Source: Vezdaea acicularis
Lineage: Eukaryota
DNA: 64,000 bases
Reading direction: 5' to 3'
Assembly (NCBI GenBank): GCA_026025075.1
Contig: JAPEUI010000077.1
Coordinates: 1-64,000, forward strand
In this document: piece after piece, positions 49,064 through 60,956 of the stretch
Layout of the letters: every line of letters starts with the position of its first letter
Position numbering within the stretch: position 1 is the stretch's first letter
Position numbers and translations under genes: made by a program
The notes under the pieces: model-generated
What the model was told of the DNA's origin: nothing
The model's input: only the letters and a program-made list of their open reading frames with translations
Databases searched by the model: none

Positions 49064-52000
49064 AAGGACAGGAGATGGAGTCGAAAAAGCACGGATGCTT
49101 TTACGATTCAAGAAGCACCGAACGCGACCGGAACAGACGTTGAACAGGCGCGATGTCTCGAACCGTTGTCGGCTGGAAGAATATCGTGAACGTGTGGGAA
49201 CGCGGATGACCCTCTTCCCTGGTTTGTTCCCTCGGACCCTGCGACAAACTGAGTCGTTTGACGTGAAGGCGTTTGGTGTTTTGAAAAGAATCACACGTTC
49301 GCCTTTTGCAGAGGACCCAGCAAAGGCGAAGCGAGACTTTTTGGGAGTAGCCGACCGTAGCAAAGACGAGGACCCGGAAAGAAAGGACGGTGAGAAGAAG
49401 GGAGGGGGAAAGGGAGGGAGAGGAGAAGAGATGAAGGGTGGGCAATCCCAGAGGACCGAAGGGAGAGATTAATATGGAAGAGAGAGAGAGATGGGAGAGA
49501 GGTGAAGGGGAAGAAGGGAAGGACAAGAGAAGGGGAAGAGAAGGGAAGGGAGGGCAGGCGAGTGGGCGAGGGAGGGCAAGTGAAGGTTCGGCGGCGAAGG
49601 AGATTGAGTAGCGAGCAGGCGAGCGTGGTGCAGTGCGCTTGGGCTGTGTGCGGGCGAGTGATGTCGTAAGTCGTTTAGGGCCGACCTGAGCACCGAGCCA
49701 GAGCAGGCAGTGAGGGTGAGTGTGGTGTGTGTGTGTGGGTGTGGGTGTGCCGACGGGTGCAGCAGCTCGTTCTCGCAGTAGGCAGGAGGCGGTAGGCGGT
49801 CGGTCCTCCCTCACGCGGCCGTGACGGCAGTCGACCGGGGTCCGCCGGCTTGGGGAGCGGAGCGACGGAAGGGGGACGGTGGAGGGTGGAGGGTGGAGGG
49901 TTGTCGGCGCCGCCAGGAATGGGCCGGCGAGTCGGTGAGTCGGGGCCGGTGTCTGTGACGGCGACAGGGTACGCGACCGCAAGGGCACGACGCAGCGACG
50001 GGGGTATCGGATGGTGAGGATGAGCAGGGAGCCAAAGAGGGAGAAGGGCGAGGGGAGCAGGGCGTGTGAGTGGTGGACGGGTGAGGTATGGAGATGAGAC
50101 GGGGTGCAAGAGAGACCGAGGATGTGGCCGTCAGCCCTTTTCTCTCGATTTGGCCCATTCCGTGCGGCCTTCCGCGTGTTGTGTCATGTTGTGTTGCGTT
50201 TGTGCGAGGTGAAAGGCGCAGGCGGAGGGAGCAGGAGCACCATCATACGGTATACGGGACGCACCTCGCGACGCACATCACGGGAATGGGCGAGGGCCGT
50301 GGCCCTTGGGGGCGTGGCGTGTTTGGTTGGCTTGGCTTGGCTTGTTTGGCGGGGTTGGTGGCACGTGTGGCCCACCGGAGCAGCTCGCTACGGCAATCTC
50401 GTCGGCGGCCTCGTCCACTTTCCACGTCCTTATTGCTTTGCGCCTCCTTGCTTGATTTGTTTTTGCTTCGCTTTGCTTTGCCCCCCATCGACACATTCGA
50501 TGGTATTGTTGCCTCCCCCCCCATGACCGCCTGCTCGTTTTTCGCCGCCGCGCCCTCTCGCTTTCTCGCGGGACGGCGATAGGCATCGGCAGTCCAATGG
50601 GCCTTTCGACGGCCGACCCAGAGGCAGAGAGCGGCGCCGCGGCCAAGGAGGCAGATCCCCACTAACCTCACTGCAGGCATGCCTGGCGGGCCATCGTCCC
50701 TTAGCCCCGAATGCTACGCTTTTAGCAGTCCGAGCAGTCTCGCACATCCCCCAGGCCCTGCCGACGACCTCCGCTCCAGGCGATCGCGGGCGAATGACGG
50801 GGGCTCATCCTCCTGCGTGGCCGTGGCCCTGCCCGCCGACGGAGCCCAACCAGAGGCTGCCGGGATAGCAAAGTTGGAGGTTGGTGGAAGGGAGGAGGGA
50901 GGAGGGCGCGCGAGATGCCGCACGCATCCTCTTCCGCTGCAGAAGGCTACTGTGGCTACCGAGATAGTGCGCGGACGACGCAGCGGCCAGCGACCTGTCA
51001 GAGGCCAGTGCTCCCCCAACGCCGGTCCCATCGCGCAGTGACTCGGACCTCGACGCCCTCGCGGGAGAAATTTCGTTCCGCAGGGATGTGCTTCGGCGCT
51101 ACTGTGGCGGTACGGGAGCCGCTGGCCGTCAAAGCGCAATTCGCGCTGGTCCGTCCGTGGTCGGATGGGCGAGGTGCCCTACCATCGATCCACCACCGAT
51201 CCACCATCGAGCAAGAACGGACGACAGGCGACAGGAGGCAAATGTGGGCCCACGAGGTCATCCACTCCACTCCATGTATCTCCGTCACCCTCGTCATCTC
51301 TCGTGCCTCACCTCATCTATCGAGCAGATGGAACGTGCCGATGATGCGTCCCCTCCGTCCCGTCCAGGCAGCAGCAGATAATAGGTCGCAGCCGTAGATC
51401 AATGTGGCCTCTTCGTCGTCCAAGCCCGCCGCTCGTCCCGTTCGCTGGACTTGACGATGTCTCTGCGGCTAGGAGCATGAGATGTCGGTGCGAGGTCCAA
51501 CCATCGAGCCCGCTGCGCTGTCAGCGCCCGTAAAGAGTCAGACCTCATCATCTCCAAACCGGCTTCAAATAAGGCCGCGCACCGAATCAGGATCGCACAG
51601 GCCGTCAGCTTAGGGCACACCAGACTTCTTCCCACAAATCCAGACTGCTCGGAGAATAAGGCGGTGCGACGGGGCGTGCAGGTGCGGGACTGAATAAGGA
51701 CACCGTCTCACCTTCGCACCACCACGCTTGAGCCAATGGGGGCGCCCCCATTATCCCTATTTTTCGCCTACGCTGTTTTTCCCTCAGCCACTCACAGGGC
51801 CGGTATCTGCAAATATCTGCAAAGGTTAAAATGGGTAGAGGGCATGCGAGGCCGAGACAAACCCGCGCGCAACTTCGCCCAAGGGCTTTCTTTTGGATCT
51901 CTCAGACTGGCCACCTCGTCCGCAACTTGCAGCTTGCCACGTCGGTCCTTTTCGACGGAAGAAGCAACCTCGAAAAGAGAAGGTCATGATGATTCGAGAT

Positions 52001-53840
52001 GACCCGATTGCAGCCGAGCACATCCGAGCAATGAAGCTGCCCGATAATCAAACCCTGACCTTCCCACTGAAGCCATGTCGTATCTTGTGCCTGTGCTCGT
52101 ACGCCAGTCGGAACGGTGGAGTCGAGCAACTCGCTCTCTATCAGGGATGACGCTGCTTGGTAACGGCAGATCTGGTCTCGGCGTGAGGTAGGACGACGAC
52201 ACCGCTAGCACCCAGCCAAATCGACGAGCAGCGGTTACGGAGCACTTAATCTCTAAGGTCATGCGTACCACAAGCGTGCTCTGACTGGATATATGGGTTA
52301 CCATGCAAAGCATTTGACCCCTTTAGACGCCGTCAAAAGCCACGAGGATGTCTTCTATCAACTGCCTCGGCCGCCCTTCGCGATGTCCGGAACCGAGTAC
52401 GGCGCGCGGCACGGACCAAGCCGGTCGCGGTCCCAGATATACCCTAAGAGCACGAATGATTCCTACTCTCACCGCTAGAGCGGGCCTCTAATCCTCCACC
52501 AATGCGAAGCAGGGACACCCCATGGACCGCAATGCGGGCCCCGTTCTGAGTCTTACGCTCAAGTCTTTGCCGCTTTTTATACCTCCCGCTCGTCGAGTCA
52601 CGAGCTCATCTCTAGCTTTCCGTCATGGACGGCTCTAGAGCGCTTTCGCGCCGGACTAATCAGATCATATGCCCCCCTCTCTCTCTCTCTGCCGGACCGG
52701 CCTTTTCCCTGGAGATATTCCGGCGGGGTTAGTTAAGCCTACTAATGTGTTGACTCCATCACGACCTCCCCACTAGAGTGATCGTGGAGTTATCAGAGGC
52801 GCGGATCGGCTTCCCGTCATTCCCGCCTCTCATCCCGTGGTTGTGGATGGGTGAAAGTATGTCTACCGGTTTTGCCCCACTATGAGGCGGGGGTTAGGAG
52901 TCCTTTTCCTCAAACTCCCTGACCTGCCAAAAACCTTTCCGTCATATCTTTCATTTTCACATGCCTCTTCCAACCCATCGCGCTTCACGAAATCCCGCAC
53001 AAACCCCCACCACCGCGGTTCCACCATGACCTCACCCCGCGCCCTGCCCCACGTGAGCAATGAGAGCGAGTGGGTATATGGTAGGGTCATACCGATGACA
53101 CCAGTGGGAATTTGAGATACGCATCCATCACCCTTGTCCCCACACGTGGGGCCCTTTTTTGTTTCTTTTGCCGGACAACCCCCATCCACCGCAAAGTGGG
53201 ACCGCCCGATGCGGCGTCGAGAGGTCGAGCACGACGACGCCGGAAAATGTCTAGGTCAGGAGTGGTTCCCTGGATTGGATTGTTGATGTAGGGGGGCACC
53301 TAGGGCTTCACCGCGGTACAGCATCAAGACCTCTCTCCAATAGATTCGGAGAAGAATAAGTTCGTGACAAAAGGACGGCGACAATGTAGACAAGAATAAG
53401 ATAATCTTGCGGGGAAAAGAGGTATTTGTATTTAGGGGAAGCTATAGCTAACGGCAAAATTCAAAATATGAAAACAATGAAATATTTACGAACTCGACGT
53501 TGCCACGAAGGCTATCTATCTGTAGTTGTGGCCCCCTTGCACGGAGGGATGCCACGTACACAGGCAACATGCGGCTGTGGAGATATGTGGTTTGGAAGCC
53601 AATAGGTCGCCAGGCCAAGGATAAACCTCGGGACGTCACACCCACCAAAGCTCGATGCTCCTCCAAGCCAACTCACTCTATGTGCACATATTGAGATTTC
53701 TTAAAGCTCAGTGTAAGTCGTGTACTGTGGTCTTTCCTGCTCACTTAAGACCTTCATAACTCAGAGATCACGTTCCTACTCTCGTCTCTGCGTAATAAAA
53801 CAGTCCGAACCTTTATATATGGGAGCCTTATACTTCAAAT

Positions 53841-54170
53841 TTCTAGACTACTCTTTGTAGTCTGGCCTTCTGCCGTACATAGGCTAGACCTCCATTTATA
53901 GGCTAGACTACTTTATATGGTCTAGACCTTTGTGCACGTATATAGGGCTAGGACTTCCATTCATAGGCTAGGCTACTCTATATAGTCTAGACCTTCGTGT
54001 ACCCATATAGGGCTAGACCTCCATTTAGGGCTAGACCTCGGGCTGTAGGCTAGACCCTCTTGCGTAGAATGCATTTTATAGGCTGGACCTCTACTTGTAG
54101 TCTGGACCTCCTGTCAAAGGCTAGACAACCGCTCGCGTTTAGGGCTAGACCTTTGATTATGGGCTAGGCT
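53841..54170. repeat. Degenerate array of ~16 AGGCTAGACC cores with a 19/19/26-nt higher-order pattern
   Basis: Repeated GGCTAGAC/GTCTAGAC/GGCTGGAC cores read directly. Confidence 0.85.
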
Positions 54171-54329
54171 TCCCTGCATTCGTCTGATATAAGGGCCAAC
54201 GTGGTAGGGTGTAAGAACGTAAGCGAGGGGTCAGTGGCCTTTTTACGATGTCGCTACCCCGCACTCAAAGAATCTCACAGAAGATAATGGAACCTTGTGA
54301 TGATTCCATAAGGTGAGGATAGCGGCACG

Positions 54330-54840
54330 ATAGTACTAAGGGACTGCTTCCAAGGTACAGTAGAATGGAGCGGCGGGACTGCCGGTGTACTAAGGGATCA
54401 TCCTATAGGGGACTGTCTCGTAGGGGACTGGTTTCAAGGGGGAACGGAGCGGCAGAACTGCCAGGCTACTAAGGGATCATCCCATAGGCGACCGTCTCGG
54501 GTGAGACTGCCAGCACACCCTAGGGGACCATCCCATAAGGGAATGACTCCACAAGGTAAGGAAAGCGGTAAGACTGCTGGTACGCCCTAAGGACCATGCC
54601 ATGAGGGATGACTCCACAGGGTAAGGAAAGGAGTAAGACTGCTAGTACACCCTAGGGGACCATCCCACAAGGGATAACCCTACAAGGTAAGGAAAGCGGC
54701 AAGACTGCCGGTATGCCCTGAGGGACCATCCCATGAGGGATAGCTCCATAAGGTATTGGAAGCGGTAAGACTGCCGGTACGCCCTAGGGGACCATCCACT
54801 GCCGGTATGCCCTGAGGGATCATCCCATGAGGGATGGCCT
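54330..54840. repeat. ~66-bp degenerate tandem repeat (GACTGCCGGTAYGCCCTARGGGACCATCCCATRAGGGA...GGAAAGCGGYAA)
   Basis: GACTGC unit starts at 54505, 54572, 54637, 54703 and 54769, plus more diverged copies upstream. Confidence 0.88.
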
Positions 54841-55477
54841 GCCCAGCGGGCACTGGAAGCTCTGCGACGCGGCCCTTTACCATCAAAGATTCCAAATTTT
54901 AAGAGGAGAAGCTCTAAATGTCGACGTTCGACATTGCTGAAGGATGAGATTAACTGCATTGCGGATGAGCAGTAGTTGAAGGATGAAACGCTAAATCAGC
55001 TTCTTGAGACACAGGCTGCGGCATCTTAAAATTCAGTCTCCTTATGGTTCTCAAGCGTTATCATTACGTTCTAGCCAGGATGACCATGACAGTCAGATCC
55101 GCTACACATTGCCATCACTACTGTATCATTACCCATTGAAACCCTCTAGGATAGCCACAATAGGGTTTGATAGCCTCTCTAAAATAAGATTGCAGATGAA
55201 GACTGTTGAAGAAGGTCGTGTGGATTCTCTCTAGAAGTGAGTTGCTGACAAATGTGTGTAGAGCAATACACCGAGGATAGTAGCAAAGCATAATGACAAA
55301 TCTATGGAATCTCAAAGATCTTTGAGAAACTATATGAAGCATAAAGACACTGTGGTGGGGGTGGGGGGAAGGACTCGGCATCTAAAATACCCAATGTATC
55401 TTATAGAAGTACCGCTGCCTTATGCTTACTCCTGAGCCACCTGTTGCAACGCTGTCTGTACATCCTCGTCTTTGACC

Positions 55478-58400
55478 TTAAGTGTCTGCCCTCTTCTCTA
55501 CCAGCAGCTGTACCACCGCCTCATGCCCATTTGAGGCTGCCCGGTACAACGCCGTCTGTCCATACTTGTCTTTGACGTCAATGTCTGCCCCTTTCTCTAC
55601 CAGCAGCTGTACCACCGCCTCATGCCCTCTCGAGGCTGCCCGGTGCAACGCCGTCCGTCCATCCTCGTCTTTGACGTTAAGGTCTGCCCCCTTCTCTACC
55701 AGCAGCTGTACCACCGCCTCATGCCCTCTCGAGGCTGCCCAGTGCAACGCCGTCCGTCCACCCCCGTCTTTGACGTCTGCCCCTTTCTCCACCAGCAGCT
55801 GTACCACCGCCTCCTGCCCTCTCCAAGCTGCCCAATGCAACGCCGTCCGTCCATACTCGTCTTTGACGTCAACGTCTGCCCCCTTCTCTACCAGCAGCTG
55901 TTCCACTGCCTCATGCCTATTCAAGGCTGCCTGGTGCAATGCCGTCTCTCCATACTTGTCTTTGACGTCAACGTCTGCCCCCTTCTCTACCAGCAGCTGT
56001 ACCACCGCCTCATGTCTATTCCAAGCTGCCCAATGCAATGCCGTCTGTCCATACTTCTCTTTGACGTCAAGGTCTGCCCCTTTCTCTACCAGTAGCTGTA
56101 CCACCGCCTCATGCCCATTCAAGGCTGCTTGGTGCAAGGCCGTCTGTCCATACTTGTCTTTGACGTCAACGTCTGCCCCCTTCTCTACCAGCAGCTGTAC
56201 CACCGCCTCATGCCTATTCCAGGCTGCCTGGTGCAATGCCGTCCGTCCATCCTTGTCTTTGACCTCAACGTCTGCCCCCTTCTCTACCAGCAGCTGTTCC
56301 ACCGCCTCATGCCCTCTCGAGGCTGCCCGGTGCAACGCCGTCCGTCCATCCTCGTCTTTGACGTCAAGGTCTGCCCCTTTCTCTACCAGCAGCTGTACCA
56401 CCGCCTCATGCCCATCCCAGGCTGCCCAGTGCAATGCCGTCTCTCCACGCTCGTTTTTGGCCTCAACGTCTGCCCCATCGTCTAAAAGCAATTGAGTTAC
56501 TGTTCTTAGACCAGAGGAAGCAGCAACATGTAGTCCAGAGACTTCCTTAGGAAACTGTTGGCTGTATCCGTGATTCCGGTATATGGGGCTATGCGTGACT
56601 TGAATGTAGCAAGAAACCCGAGACCTATCCTTGAGGAACCTCAAAATTAACTTCTGAAGCGCATGCTCCATATCTCCACGTGTATGCTCACTCCAGTATT
56701 GAGCAGCATACCTTAGCAGAGGGTTCTCCCGCAATCGAACCTCTAGATCGTCATCGGTGGAACAAAACCCCTTTGCAAATGCATCAAATAGGAGGTAAGT
56801 AAGACAGTGTTGCGCAATTTCCATTCGCGCATCAGGAAACCGATCCTCTCGAATGCGCTTAAAGAAATCCTGGGTAGTGTAGTGGACCAGGCGTACTAAA
56901 CCGCTCTCTTGTTCAATAGAGACTAAGCCAGCACAAATCGACAAGAGTATCTCCCCATCAACAATGTCGCCTCCATCTAATTTTGATGCTTCTGGCATAA
57001 TAGCTAAAGCATGTTGAAGCTCAATCATAGACAATGGGGTTTTGGCATATGTGATCCAGTATAAGATACGTGTTGCAAGCTTTCGATCCTCTACATTTTG
57101 GTGGTCAATCCTTTGCAAAGCTTCCTCATATGTATTATCAAGACCATTTGGAAGATGTTCTGTTGCTTGGACTACTGCATTTCGGGTCTGTTTGTTTGCT
57201 ATCATATCCATATGGAGTCGAGCAAGTAGAAACCTAGAAGAAAGTTAGGACGATTGCTATATAGTAAGGCATTGTGAAGCAATAGGATGTGAGAAGGGCA
57301 TGTGAAAGCTAGGCTGACGTACATTCCTCTGACATTTTTAATTACAGCATCTGTAACTTTTTCTCTCACCGTTGGCTCTGCTTTGACTATTTTAGCCAAC
57401 CGAGATGTTTGAGATATTCTTGCTTCTAGATATTTATACACATCTTCGTCTTTCGCAGTGATTTCTAGCTTTTCTCGGTTTGGAAAAGTATCTTCGATAT
57501 GTATACTAGGCCGTGAAGTGATCATTAGGCCCACAGTGTCAGCCAGTACTCCTAAGCTGTCAAGAAGATCTCTGCGAGAGTCTTCTAGACATTCATCTAC
57601 AGCGTCAACAACTATAAAAGCTCTTGGAAAGCTTAAAACTGCAGACTGAAGAGCTTTTGACATCTCTTGAAGTGTTGGTCGTGTAATCTTCTTCAAGTGT
57701 TTATCAAACATAGGTTCGAGACCATCGAGAAGAGAAGGCATTTGCTGGGCTAATTGTTTAAGCAAACTTGAAACGAGATTGACGGAAGACTGTTCGGTCT
57801 GGTCGTTGTAGTTGCAATATATAAATGCGACTGCATTGTCTGTCTCTGCAAAGGTTGTTTGTAGATAATCTATTGCAGTCGAGCTAGGAGTGGACGCTGA
57901 ATTAGCTGGCCATAAGCTAAGAAAGACACCCAGAGATCATACGCAAGGACAGTTTTGCCAGCACCAGCTATCACCACCTAGTCAGTCAGGAGGCATCAGG
58001 CAACAAGCTCGACTTACGCATTCCTGGGCACCACAGGATTCTTGGGGCACCGTGCAGCCACCCTATGAAGCTTTTAGACTTTAACAACCATTCGCCTGTC
58101 CCTTTCTGCCGTGTACGGAGGATATCGTTTTGTGTCTGGGGAAAATTGAGAGGAGAAAGCCAGCTAATGATAGACTTGTGAAGTTCAGAGATTGACTTTT
58201 GACGCTGAGCTGATTCACTATCAGCATGTACTCAATTAGGGAAGATAGAACTTCCGGAGTCTCACTTTGCTGTAGTATTGAAACACCGCCTACAATATCC
58301 ATCACGTTGTTGTTCATATCCACAATCTTCTGGTCTGTCGCAAGAGATAAAGCGCTAGACATAGTTAGCATAAGATAAATATATGATGTGATCATATATG

Positions 58401-58829
58401 ATCATCACAAACTAACAATTGTCCGCGTTGTAACGTAATCTCGATAGATGATTTAGCCCGTTCAATCTTTAGCAGAATCTCATTTGTCTTCTTCTTATCA
58501 AGTGTCCAGATCAAAGCCTTGCCAAGAGATTTCATGGAAGAAGTCGGCTTCAGGTTGCTTGTTAATTCCTCAATGGCCACCTTCAGTTGGTGCAAAGGTC
58601 TGCCCTCTTCCGCAAGGGATCGAATACCCTGAAACCATGGCTCTGATGATTTAGCTTCTTCCACTGCATCTCTTAAGTCTAAAAGAACTTTATAGAGATC
58701 TACCAGCTCAGTGCGGATCCTTTTCCGAGCCTCGGCGGCATCTTTGACGTCCTGGAGATACTTCACTGCTTTCAAAGTCGCATTGCTGATTTGGATGATA
58801 CTCGCCGTTAAGCTTACTACCTCTGCCAT
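55478..58829 (-). CDS. Fungal NLR: HeLo-like/SesA-type N-terminal domain, NACHT NTPase, ankyrin repeats; 6 exons, intact
   Basis: Hand splicing keeps the frame: WLSPLNF..GTGEWLL..LWCPGM|PGAGKTVLA|S Walker A, FIVVDAVDEC Walker B, ITSRP, GM|FLLARLHMD, LVHYTTQDFF, then ankyrin repeats. Confidence 0.93.
55481..56445 (-). repeat. Ten near-identical 99-bp ankyrin-coding units (one 93 bp)
   Basis: TALHxAAxxGHEAVVQLLVEKGADxDVKDxxGx repeated at both DNA and protein level. Confidence 0.97.
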
Positions 58830-59333
58830 TGATGAAGAAGGGAATAACTAAAACCAGACTTTAACGCAAATCCGGTGAGTTGATGTGGTATGTATTTCAA
58901 GAAAAATCATAAATGGAATGGAAAGGAATAGTCACGGCCTAGCACCAGTTTCTGTACATGTACTTCTGATACGACTCGCTACGTGTAGTGTTCGGATTTG
59001 ACCAATTTTGCGTGTTTTGCTCTGGAACAACATTGTATAAATCTTCCACACACAAAAATCATGTCTTTCCGCCCCACCTCAGGCCTTAATAGTCAGTCAT
59101 ATCTTGTGGAGAAAATATCAGTTCTGTGCAGTTGGAAGCACCCAAACCACCAAAACTTCCCTAATTCTAAGCGGCAGGTTTGCCGGTGTGCTAGAGGGAA
59201 TTGACTCTAAACGGCAGGGTTACTATGTGCTAGACAATTATCCCACAAGCAAGGATCCTACATGAATATCTAAGTAACAAGTTTACTGGTAGATTGAAGG
59301 CTTAAATGGGGTATGCAGCCTTTTAAATATGGG

Positions 59334-59478
59334 ACTACGGAGGTACAGGCCGTAAAGAATGTTAGCACAGGCAAGGGAGAACCCATGCACCAACCAATTA
59401 CCTTCGCACTATTTCGTTCAGTGCATGGGTTCTCCCCCTGCCCGTGCTAACATTCTTTACGGCCTGTACCTCCGTAGT
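59334..59478. mobile_element. Small foldback / MITE-like element, ~57-bp arms with 30-bp spacer
   Basis: 59334-59390 is the reverse complement of 59421-59478 with 2 substitutions and 1 indel; internal TA|CAG...CTG|TA. Confidence 0.75.
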
Positions 59479-60488
59479 TCTATGGTAAATTAGAGTAGCA
59501 GGACTGCCAGTGTATTCTGTAGGAGACTATCTTATGGGGGATCGCCTCTAAGGGGTCGCGGATAGAATGCAGAGAAGCTAAGCGCTTTAGCGCGTCCTAG
59601 CGCTCAATTTCGCCTGCTCTTTTAGACAGGCCTTTCTGAGCATACTTCTTCAACGCCTGTGTCGCGTCTTAGGCCTCAACAATGCAGCAAGCTTCACACG
59701 CCCATTAACGCACCTGTTTCCTTGAGATCCTGCTAGCACTATAGATAGCTTTGGCTCATAGCTAGTTATTAGAATCTATTCATGTAATCGCAGTTCGTCT
59801 ATTATATCGCTATATTTATATCTTTATACCGCTCAGTGATACTGCTAGCTATTGCCGGCGGCCCGCCTATCGCTATAGTCCATTTAACACGCAGTAACAC
59901 CGCAGGCAGGCCGCAGACGGCGCCCGGCCTATCACGCTCTCAGAATTAGGGGCAGCTATCATGCCCGTCCTTACAGAGATGATTGGTTTGGTGAACTTGA
60001 AACGCTTGAACCACTCATGGCCTTGCCTTGCAGGCAGGACGAGGTGATCAGCATAATAGGCTATAAGCACTTGAAGCGCTCCCGGCCGGCATGATGCACA
60101 TCGAGCGCTTGGAGCGCTTGCGGTCTTACATGCGGGCAGGAAGAGAGGGCTGGCACAAATGTGCTTGGAGCGCTTGAAGCACTCGGAGTGCTCAGAGTGC
60201 ACATGATCTCAGCTGTCAGGCAGGGTGACAGGTCGGCATTGTTAGCTTCAAGTGCTTGAAGCGCTTAGAACACTTGAAGCGCCTGAGATCTTGCATGTGG
60301 GCCAGACAAGACGGCTACCCTAAATGCGCCCTGAGCGCATGGAGCGCTCGTAATGCTTGAAGCGCTCATGGCATCGCTCAGCCGGCAAGACGAGGGGACT
60401 GGCACAATGCGCTCGGAGCGCTTGAAGCGCTCGTGGCTTCGCTCGGCCGGCGAGACAGAGGACCGGCGCGATGCGCTCGCCAGGTGTA

Positions 60489-60721
60489 CACGGGGTGTTA
60501 GCTATGTCTGTTCCGCCAAGGCTTGGCGTCCGATTTTCGCGATACTTCAGCACCACGACCACAGATGTGATTGGAATTTAAAAACTTATAGAGGCATCTC
60601 AGGATAGAATAGGATGTCTTTTGCCATCAATTAAATTGTTTGAAGCCGAAGAGTGGATGGTGGAGTCTCGGGAAAATCGGGCGCCACTTCTTGGCGGAAC
60701 AGACATAGCTAACACCCCGTG
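60489..60721. mobile_element. 233-bp Tc1/mariner-type MITE, copy 1
   Basis: TIR CACGGGGTGTTAGCTATGTCTGTTCCGCCAAG at both ends, flanked by TA at 60487 and 60722. Confidence 0.88.
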
Positions 60722-60723
60722 TA

Positions 60724-60956
60724 CACGGCATGTTAGCTATGCCTGTTCCGCCAAGAAGTGGCGTCCGATTTTCCCGAGGCTTCACCATCCACTCCTCGGC
60801 TTCAAACAATTTATTTAATGGCAAAAGACATCCTATTCTGCCTTAAGATGCCTCTATAAGTTTTTAAATTCCGATCGCATCTGTGGTCGTGGTGCTGAAG
60901 CATCGTAAAAATCGGATGCCAAGCCTTGGCGGAACAGACATAGCTAACACCCCGTG
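60724..60956. mobile_element. 233-bp Tc1/mariner-type MITE, copy 2 (inverted relative to copy 1)
   Basis: Same TIRs, internal sequence is the reverse complement of copy 1, TA at 60722 and 60957. Confidence 0.88.

Noticed and set aside
49095..52480. Many overlapping 60-295 aa ORFs
   Set aside because: Low-complexity, no recognisable domain, expected in GC-rich stop-poor DNA.
53841..54840. Repeat-spacer pattern resembling a CRISPR array
   Set aside because: Eukaryotic context, cores short and degenerate, spacers themselves repeated, no cas genes.
55482..56495. 337-aa plus-strand repetitive ORF and overlapping Cys/Gln-rich ORFs
   Set aside because: Antisense shadows of the ankyrin array.
60621..60824. 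Mirror-image 65-aa ORFs on both strands
   Set aside because: By-product of the palindromic MITE dimer.
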